Below, in pieces: positions 25,648 through 32,000 of a stretch of 32,000 bases of DNA; position 1 is the first letter of the stretch; each line of letters begins with the position of its first letter. The stretch lies in NCBI RefSeq assembly GCF_000829315.1, contig NZ_AP013028.1:1140001-1172000 (forward strand), read 5' to 3'. Origin of the DNA: Wolbachia endosymbiont of Cimex lectularius (GTDB lineage Bacteria > Pseudomonadota > Alphaproteobacteria > Rickettsiales > Anaplasmataceae). The notes under the pieces were generated by a model, which saw only the letters and a list, made by a program, of their open reading frames with translations, did no database searches and had not been told where the DNA came from. The position numbers were made by a program, and so were the translations under genes.

Positions 25648-26124
25648 TTATTCCTCATTTTGTTTAGAAATGAGTTTGTCATATATGTACCACTTATACA
25701 GCAATACAAACATCCCGCAAGCTATATATATATCTGCTAGATTGAAAGCTGGCCAGTACCAACTGCCAATATGAAAATATATGAAATCATATACAGCTCC
25801 CCAGTAGATCCTGTCAACTACATTACCGATTGCTCCACCAATCATCAGAGAAAAACCAAAACAAGTTAATTTATCGCTAGATTTGTATATCAAGTATGCG
25901 AATATGCTAATTATTAGTGTTGAAAATGTTGAAAAAAAGAGATCACTATATGGTAAAGTGCTAAACATTCCAAAACTAATCCCCGAATTCCATACTTCAA
26001 CTAGCTTTATAAAGCTAGCAACTTCGATTGACTCTCCTTCATCAATTAATGAGTTTATGTACAATTTGCTCATCTGATCAGTTAATACTATAACTAGTAT
26101 AACAATTAAGCATAGTTTTTTCAT
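25648..26124 (-). CDS. lspA: Lipoprotein signal peptidase (signal peptidase II)
   Basis: 158 aa, four TM segments. NSGISFGMF, GGAIGNVVDR and FNLADIYI motifs. Confidence 0.9.
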   Translation of the reverse strand: MKKLCLIVILVIVLTDQMSKLYINSLIDEGESIEVASFIKLVEVWNSGISFGMFSTLPYSDLFFSTFSTLIISIFAYLIYKSSDKLTCFGFSLMIGGAIGNVVDRIYWGAVYDFIYFHIGSWYWPAFNLADIYIACGMFVLLYKWYIYDKLISKQNEE

Positions 26125-27053
26125 AAATTTGTCCTCAACTGATAAGCCTCAAGTATATCATAATTTATCTGTTTTGTTAATTCGTCAATACTATGGAATC
26201 TTTTTTCTGACCTTATAAATTTTAAAAGTTGTATATTAACCTTATAGTCGTATACATCTTTATTAAAATCGAATATGTGCATTTCTACTATAGGCTTTTT
26301 CAAATCCTTAAAAGTAGGTCTCATACCAATGTTGACTACTCCGTATAGCCAATTTGGATTATTGTCAGAAAATGCTGCCTTAGCATAATATGTACCAAAC
26401 TTGGGTTTTATTATGCAGTTTTCTATCGGAATGTTTATAGTTGGAAATCCTATTTCTCTACCTCTACATGCGCCTTTTATTACAATACCAGAGACTTGAT
26501 AAGGTCTGCCGAGCAATTTATTAGCAATCTCTATTTCGCCCTTCTGTAAATACTCTCTGATTGAAGAAGAAGAGCAAATCTCTCCATCGATTATCAATGG
26601 TTCTAATTCAGTTAAAGAATATCCATACGTTTCGGAATATTTCCTTAGGGTCGATGTATTGCCCAATCGTTTGTGACCAAAAGTACAACTTTCTCCAACG
26701 ACTATGTGTTTAGCGCTATATTTGCCTATCAAGATCTTACTAATGAAGTCATTGCAGCTGATTTGAGAAAAACCTTCATTGAAATTGATAATATATAAGT
26801 GATCTATACCATAGCTGCTAATCAGTTCCTTTTTTCGTTCTTGGTTTATCAATCTAAAGTTGTTTCTGCCAAATAAGACTGTTGATGGGTGGGGCTCAAA
26901 AGTTAAAATTGCAAAGGGTAATCCTCTTTCTTGCGCTACTTTCTTTAGAGTAGAAATCGCAAGTTCATGCCCTAAATGAACGCCATCAAAATTTCCAAAG
27001 GTTAATGCTACGTTATTTTTTATCTCCTGCTCACAATTATAAATAATTTTCAT
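26121..27053 (-). CDS. ribF: Bifunctional riboflavin kinase / FMN adenylyltransferase
   Basis: 310 aa. GNFDGVHLGH (FAD synthetase nucleotidyltransferase motif) and C-terminal GFPTINI...VEMHIFDF riboflavin kinase motifs. 4-nt overlap with lspA. Confidence 0.9.
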   Translation of the reverse strand: MKIIYNCEQEIKNNVALTFGNFDGVHLGHELAISTLKKVAQERGLPFAILTFEPHPSTVLFGRNNFRLINQERKKELISSYGIDHLYIINFNEGFSQISCNDFISKILIGKYSAKHIVVGESCTFGHKRLGNTSTLRKYSETYGYSLTELEPLIIDGEICSSSSIREYLQKGEIEIANKLLGRPYQVSGIVIKGACRGREIGFPTINIPIENCIIKPKFGTYYAKAAFSDNNPNWLYGVVNIGMRPTFKDLKKPIVEMHIFDFNKDVYDYKVNIQLLKFIRSEKRFHSIDELTKQINYDILEAYQLRTNL

Positions 27054-27120
27054 ACAATTTGATATCTTATATATATTTCTATATATAATAATTATATTTT
27101 ATAAACTACGGAGATAAATC

Positions 27121-27489
27121 ATGAAAAATATTAAAGGAAAGGTTATAGTATATGTAAAGCAGTACTGTCCTTTCTGTAAGAGAGCAAAGGAGTTGCTGGA
27201 TGGAAAAGGTGTGGAATATGAAGAAATTGATGTGCTTAAAAGCCCGGATTTGTTTAATGACATAAAGTCAAAATATAACGTTAGAACAGTTCCGCAAATT
27301 TTTATTACTGATGAAAATGGCAATTATATACATCATATTGCTGGATGTGACAAATTGATGGACCTTGAAAGAGAAGGGAAGTTAGATGATATATTAAGTA
27401 GCAATTATGATAAAACTGATGTAACAACTTACCCGAGCAACAATGATGAATATGAAGAATGTGTAGCATCACATGATGATTTTATTTGA
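27121..27489 (+). CDS. grx: Glutaredoxin with a ~29-aa acidic C-terminal extension
   Basis: The CPFC active site (YVKQYCPFCKRAKELL), TVPQIFI and GCDKLMDL motifs end near residue 93. The tail is SSNYDKTDVTTYPSNNDEYEECVASHDDFI. Confidence 0.85.
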   Translation: MKNIKGKVIVYVKQYCPFCKRAKELLDGKGVEYEEIDVLKSPDLFNDIKSKYNVRTVPQIFITDENGNYIHHIAGCDKLMDLEREGKLDDILSSNYDKTDVTTYPSNNDEYEECVASHDDFI

Positions 27490-27605
27490 TTTTCCTTACT
27501 TTTACTGTCATGTAATGCACGAATGAAGGGCTGGTATGCTCATTTTAAACAAATTTTAATGGATTAAAAATACAATTCATTTAGTTAGTTTTTTAGTGAG
27601 CGAAA

Positions 27606-28478
27606 ATGACACAAAATATTTCAATTGTTAGCAAGGACTTAATTAGTATTGAACTAATCGACAAGCAAGATTTAGAGAATTTCATCAAAATTTTTACAGT
27701 ACTTGATAAGCACGTAGCAGCAAAAACACTTTTTACAGAGGAGGTGAGAATAGAGTATAAACAACACAACAACGTGGAGGGTGTTGATTTACTGAAAAGT
27801 TCAGGCTTTACGTATCATGATGTTGAAAATGTATTACATCACTTGAGTAAACATGGAATGAAGGTGCCAAGCAACGTCATAGCACACACTCTCTTTTCTG
27901 CATATAATAATGCACTTGAATCTAAGGATATAGCGTTTTCCCTTTTTGAGGGCTCTCCACAGTATAATATTAGAGTAAATAAGAACAACTTCATAATAAC
28001 TTCTATGAGTGAAAAGGATTTGGAGCTAAGTTCTCAAAATAGCAGAGTGTTCATAGAGTTGCTAAAGAGCGAGAAAAGTATTTATAATTGCATAGTAGAA
28101 GAAAATACTATTAATGTTGTGGTACATTCTGAGATACATCAGGCTATAAATTTGGTTATAAAATCACTGATAAAATCTAGCCTTTTAGCACAAGAGGAAG
28201 AAGCAAAACTCAAAGAAAAATTGAGACAACTTGCTTTTAAGGATCAAGCTTTTGTTGAGTATTCCAGCATCAAAACTATTAATAGATATCCACACAATCA
28301 TCCTTTGAGAAAGTATGAAAACATTACTAAGGGTATAGAAAACATTCTATGTGATTTTATAACAAACGAGAATAGTGAGTCTGCTATAGAGCAAATAAAT
28401 AGGCTTAATTCGAAAGTTTCTCCAGATACTCCAAGAATCATTACTAAGACTATAGATAAACTTGTTAAGTTCCACTAA
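27606..28478 (+). CDS. Hypothetical protein (290 aa, no recognisable domain)
   Basis: Long clean ORF in an AT-rich, stop-rich background. No motif recognised by eye. Confidence 0.55.
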   Translation: MTQNISIVSKDLISIELIDKQDLENFIKIFTVLDKHVAAKTLFTEEVRIEYKQHNNVEGVDLLKSSGFTYHDVENVLHHLSKHGMKVPSNVIAHTLFSAYNNALESKDIAFSLFEGSPQYNIRVNKNNFIITSMSEKDLELSSQNSRVFIELLKSEKSIYNCIVEENTINVVVHSEIHQAINLVIKSLIKSSLLAQEEEAKLKEKLRQLAFKDQAFVEYSSIKTINRYPHNHPLRKYENITKGIENILCDFITNENSESAIEQINRLNSKVSPDTPRIITKTIDKLVKFH

Positions 28479-28526
28479 GGTATTTTGCATGTTATTCTCG
28501 TGCTGCACACGGGAATAACATCAAAA

Positions 28527-29039
28527 TTAGAAAACCTTAAATCGCCAAAATTTCTCTTTGCCTTTACTAATTCCGATTCTTGGGGTGCAAATATAATCTG
28601 GTTTGAGGTGAGATTCGTAAACACAAAATTTGTGGCTTATAGTGAGGTCTTGTTTGTTGTGTTCTTTGGTAATATTCAACCTTTTGCACAGTGTTCCTGG
28701 CCCACCTAGATTTGCTTCAAGCGGTTCAGTGAGCTTCAATCCCCTTATCAATACTGCTGCTGGAAACCCTTCTGTTTCTGTTACGATGTTTAAACAGTAA
28801 TACATTCCATATATGAAGTATACGTACGAAAACCCCGGCATACCAAACATTACCGAGGTTCGATCAGTATAGCCTCGCGCTGCATGACAAGCTGGATCAT
28901 CCACTCCAATATAGGCTTCAACTTCAGTTATTATTCCACTAAAGTTGGAAAATTTGAGGACTTTTCCCAATAACTCTCCAGCTACAACCAAAGTCGGCCG
29001 CTCGTAGAAATTTCTTGGTAGTATTGTATTGTTCATCAT
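28527..29039 (-). CDS. mpg: DNA-3-methyladenine glycosylase (MPG/AAG family)
   Basis: 170 aa. [34 protein letters not shown] and [17 protein letters not shown] are typical of the family. Confidence 0.85.
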   Translation of the reverse strand: MMNNTILPRNFYERPTLVVAGELLGKVLKFSNFSGIITEVEAYIGVDDPACHAARGYTDRTSVMFGMPGFSYVYFIYGMYYCLNIVTETEGFPAAVLIRGLKLTEPLEANLGGPGTLCKRLNITKEHNKQDLTISHKFCVYESHLKPDYICTPRIGISKGKEKFWRFKVF

Positions 29040-29142
29040 AGAAGTATAAGTTACTTACATTTGCAAGCAACTTATACTGATACCAACTCCACTACACAGA
29101 AGGCGGACAGACGTAAAGTGGAAAAAAGCTATAACGTCATCC

Positions 29143-29187
29143 AACAGAAACAAAAAAACTACTTGACAAATCTCACCAACCCTCTTA
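29143..29187 (+). repeat. R element copy R4, 5' part (promoter -35 and spacer), separated from the rest by IS copy 3
   Basis: AAACAAAAAAACTACTTGACAAATCTCACCAACCCTCTTA. TTGACA at 29163-29168 and a 17-nt spacer. The IS starts after the first two bases (TA) of the expected -10 box. Confidence 0.75.
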
Positions 29188-29990
29188 GAACCTGTTTAAA
29201 ATCTTCGTAACAGAGAGAAATGAAGGAGAGGACTATCATCTGTAAGCTAGTGTTGAGCTTCCGCTCGCAATTTTTCCACAATCGCCTGCACTTTTCTAAC
29301 CAGGCAAAAGAGCGTTCAACAACCCATCTTTTTGGCAATACGACGAAAGTGTGTAACTCACTTCGCTTTATTACTTCAACAGTCGCACCAATGATAGCTT
29401 TTATTTGTGTTGCAAAATTTTCTCCTGTGTAGCCAGCATCAACCAGTATGTTTTTAACTTCAGAGAGGTTTGCTTTAGCATTTTCGACCATTTTCACAGC
29501 ACTGCTACGGTCAGTTGCTTCTGCCGTTGTTACATAAATTGCATGTGGCAAACCTTGTGTATCAACTGCAATATGGCGCTTTATCCCTGAAATCTTTTTA
29601 CCTGCATCATAGCCTTTTTTTTCAGCAGTATCTGCGTTTTTAACGCTTTGAGAATCAATTATACAAAAGCTAGTTTTCTCTTTCCGACCATTGCTGATAC
29701 GGACCTCTCCAACTAATTTTTTTTAAGACTAATTCCAACAAGCTTGGCTCTTCTCCATTCTTTTTACTCCACACTCGAAAATAGTAATATACGCTTTCCC
29801 ATCTTGGAAAACCCTTTGGTAACATCCTCCACTGACAACCACTTTTTAAGACGTACAACACCCCACAAAATACGTCATACAAATCAAGTTTTCTTGGTTT
29901 TGTTTTCTGCTTGCTACTCTCCAAAATTGGCCTGATTTTTTCAAACTGCTCTTGACTTATATTACTTGGATAACTTTTCTGCATAGACAC
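29159..29990 (-). CDS. IS5-family DDE transposase of copy 3 (orfA 29670..29990 plus orfB frame), with an altered C-terminus from a 1-nt deletion
   Basis: Identical to copy 2, except that CGTAACAGGAGAG is CGTAACAGAGAG at about 29206-29217. The last residues LLLRRF-stop become CYEDFKQVLRGLVRFVK-stop, and the ORF runs out through the inverted repeat into flanking DNA (stop at 29159). Confidence 0.65.
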
Positions 29991-30046
29991 CTCATTATTA
30001 ATCTATGCTTACTTTACCTCACATTTCCAAGATTTTAAACAGGTTC
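29188..30046 (-). mobile_element. IS5-family insertion sequence, copy 3 (859 bp), inserted into the -10 hexamer of the R4 promoter
   Basis: The same 18-bp terminal inverted repeats. TTA duplication at 29185-29187 and 30047-30049. Joining the flanks restores TTGACA-N17-TATAAT. Confidence 0.92.
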
Positions 30047-30049
30047 TTA

Positions 30050-30470
30050 TAATGATACTAAAGCTATTTGTTTATCTTCGCAATCTGTGCAGGTTAAAGA
30101 CAAAAAACTTAGGGTATTTGGCGTCTCATGTTTAAATTTTTGCACTATGTGCACCTCACGTCTTTTTAAAACTTCTGGTTTTTACCTATACAAGCTGAAA
30201 CGCGCTTATAAGTCGTTTAAGACAGTATAGAACGTCAAATAGACAAGGGAGAATTTGAATACTAGCTGCCCTAGAGTTTTTTTGCCTTTTTTTCCGCTCA
30301 GTAAAATTCTTAACGTTTACAGTTTTGGTTAGTTGCATTTAAAAGTAGCTGAATCGTAGCGCTGAGAATAAAAACGCCGATATTTGAGGTACATATAAAT
30401 AATTAGCCACCAACGGGGCTTCTTTTGCTTTTTTCTCCATTTGGTAAGTTTCTTAAATATTAAAGCAATT
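30050..30470 (+). repeat. R element copy R4, 3' part (conserved blocks plus two subunits)
   Basis: TAATGATACTAAAG...TATCTTCGCAATCTGTGCAGGT...CATGTTTAAATTTTTGCACTATGTGCAC...CAAGCTGAAACGCGCTTATAAGTCGTTTAAGAC...GGGGCTTCTTTTGCTTTTTTC aligns with R1-R3. Confidence 0.8.
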
Positions 30471-30499
30471 CATGAACGAACATTTATTTTTACAACAAG

Positions 30500-30585
30500 T
30501 GGTGTCATTCCAGCGTCACGCGCTGGAATGACAAAAAAAGGAGGCGCTGGGATGACAAGAAAAGGAGCTACTTACATGACACCAC
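30500..30585. repeat. Cluster of short palindromic elements
   Basis: Perfect 12-bp-arm palindrome GTCATTCCAGCG-TCACG-CGCTGGAATGAC (30504-30532), followed by GCGCTGGGATGACAAGAAAAGGAGCTACTTACATGACACC. Related to 15436-15490, 10535-10569 and 10668-10691. Confidence 0.7.
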
Positions 30586-30695
30586 TTTTGCTTCAATGTT
30601 TACCACGCCCCTTATATGTTAAGAACAAGCAATTTTCTCATAGTAACAGTAGAGGCAATTTTATATGGTTCTTTATGTTGATTATATAATAAAGA

Positions 30696-31154
30696 TCATC
30701 CTTCGCAAAAAGCGGGAAGGAAGGCTAAAAGACAGCTAACCATAACATTGGAAAGACATCTAGCTGGTAGGCCTCTCAATAAATCAATTATTTCCTTATT
30801 CTTAGCAAAAGAAAGCGGTTTTTTACCATTATTATCTTTTATGTTAGTTTTAGCTTCTGCTTCGAGAAGAAGTTCAACCATATCAGTGTTATTGAAACAA
30901 GTAGCATAGTGCAATACAGTTCTCCCCAGATTGTCTTGGGCATCAATGTCTGCTCCTGCTCTGAGAAGAAGTTCAACCATATCAGTATCATTGAAATAAG
31001 CAGCATAATGTAAAGCAGTTCTTTTCATATCATCTTTGGCATTAATGTCTGTATGCTTGCCCATTAGACGCTCATGGCCTACTGGTCCAACTTCATTATT
31101 ACGGTACTCCTTTAAAATTTTATATAAATCATAACCTCTGGTACCATTTAGCAT
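30696..31154 (-). CDS. Ankyrin-repeat protein with a C-terminal hydrophobic tail
   Basis: The ORF track starts at TTG 31187. ATG 31154 (MLNGTRGY...) lies 7 nt after GGAGG. Two near-identical ANK repeats (RTALHYAAYFNDTDMVELLLRAGADIDAQD and RTVLHYATCFNNTDMVELLLEAEAKTNIKD). Tail VMVSCLLAFLPAF. Confidence 0.8.
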   Translation of the reverse strand: MLNGTRGYDLYKILKEYRNNEVGPVGHERLMGKHTDINAKDDMKRTALHYAAYFNDTDMVELLLRAGADIDAQDNLGRTVLHYATCFNNTDMVELLLEAEAKTNIKDNNGKKPLSFAKNKEIIDLLRGLPARCLSNVMVSCLLAFLPAFCEG

Positions 31155-31249
31155 AATTTTACCTCCATATACACTAACGATTGACAAGTATTTTTATAAA
31201 GCTCAACATATTGCATTTATAGAAGAGTTGCAAGATATCTTTTAAGCAT

Positions 31250-32000
31250 TTATTTTTTATTCTTAATTAACTCTAAAGCTTTTTTCAAATCTATACTTTC
31301 AATGTCTGCATTTTTGCCTAAGGCAACATTTGTTTTACCGCATTTTATATAGAATCCATACTTACCGTTGCAGATGAAAACTTCTTTTCCCTTGTCATTA
31401 AAACCGAGGGATTTTAGCTCTTTACGTGGGCTTTTTGCAATAATTTGCACAGCTTCATCCAATTGCGTGTCCAATACCTCCTTGGAGCTCTTCTTAAGAG
31501 AAAAGTATCTACCATCATAGAAAATATAGTACCCAAATCTTCCAAGGCCTATTTTTACTTCCTTCCCGGTTTCTGGGTGTTCTCCGATTACTTTTGGCAA
31601 GGAAAGTAACTGAATAGCGGTATTCAGATCAATATCATTAACATTTATATCTTTTGGTATGGAAACCGTTTTTTTCTTTTTCGACTCGTTATTGAATTCC
31701 AGGTAAAGCCCAAAAGGGCCTTTTTTGATCATCACCTCTTGCCCTGTCACATCGTCTATACCCAAACTTTTTGGGTATTCTGAGTTGTCATTACTACCTG
31801 TAATTTCTTTTGTATGGCTGCATGCAGGGTAGTTAGAACATCCAAGAAATACTCCCGCTCTTCCAAAATTCAATTTCAATATACCATCAGAACAATCAGG
31901 ACATTTTTTGCCTATTTCTTCCTTTCCTTCTTCTGAACAAAACCAATCGACTACCAAGCTGTAAATGCCGCTAAAAATCTCATCATGCGTCATTTGCTTG
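31250..32000 (-). CDS. topA: DNA topoisomerase I, C-terminal part (the gene continues beyond the right window edge)
   Basis: Zinc-ribbon motif CPDCSDGILKLNFGRAGVFLGCSNYPAC plus repeated FGLYLEF / FGYYIFY / YGFYIKCG C-terminal topoisomerase I repeats. The frame is open to the window end. Confidence 0.85.
   Translation of the reverse strand, partial: KQMTHDEIFSGIYSLVVDWFCSEEGKEEIGKKCPDCSDGILKLNFGRAGVFLGCSNYPACSHTKEITGSNDNSEYPKSLGIDDVTGQEVMIKKGPFGLYLEFNNESKKKKTVSIPKDINVNDIDLNTAIQLLSLPKVIGEHPETGKEVKIGLGRFGYYIFYDGRYFSLKKSSKEVLDTQLDEAVQIIAKSPRKELKSLGFNDKGKEVFICNGKYGFYIKCGKTNVALGKNADIESIDLKKALELIKNKK

Noticed and set aside
30441-30689. 82-aa ORF (GVIPASRAGMTKKGGAGMTRKGATYMTPLL)
   Set aside because: It is translated straight through the palindromic repeat cluster. 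The repeated AGMT peptide reflects the repeated GGGATGAC / GGAATGAC DNA motif.
1-32000. tRNA, rRNA or tmRNA genes
   Set aside because: I scanned the intergenic regions for T-loop-like GGTTCGAATCC-type motifs and acceptor-stem symmetry and found none. The only GGTTCGATC is inside the mpg coding sequence.

Overview
AT-rich window whose gene content looks like a Wolbachia-type (Rickettsiales, Anaplasmataceae) endosymbiont chromosome. This assignment comes from reading the ORFs by eye; no database search was run. Housekeeping genes: an Fe(III)-binding protein, nadK, rpmE, fabD, gpmI, purF, purN, mnhE, two M16 peptidases, lspA, ribF, a glutaredoxin, mpg and the 3' part of topA. Between them sits a large load of mobile and repeated DNA. 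There are four copies of one ~860-bp IS5-family insertion sequence: three complete, each with its own 3-bp target duplication, and one cut by the left window edge. There are three ankyrin-repeat genes with C-terminal hydrophobic tails, two of them frame-broken. A phage-type large terminase gene carries at least four lesions, and a TerC-family gene has a stop at codon 6. Short palindromic and MITE-like elements are also present. The most interesting stretch is the accessory block at about 7.8-17.9 kb, between gpmI and purF. It holds a five-gene folate/pABA operon of the non-canonical type known from Chlamydia: a CADD/PqqC-like protein, FolB/X, a FolK-FolP fusion, FolA and a CofE-like FolC2 candidate. 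Inverted copies of a ~0.35-0.55 kb non-coding repeat, here called R, bracket this operon. R occurs four times in the window. Every copy has a perfect TTGACA -35 box, an exact 17-nt spacer and a near-consensus or consensus -10 box, followed by conserved non-coding blocks and 1-2 tandem ~141-147-bp subunits. All three complete IS copies lie within ~0.6 kb downstream of an R promoter and antisense to it, and one is inserted in the -10 hexamer itself. The IS transposase can only be read as one protein after a +1 change of frame at an A8 run shared by all three complete copies. No tRNA, rRNA or CRISPR array was seen.
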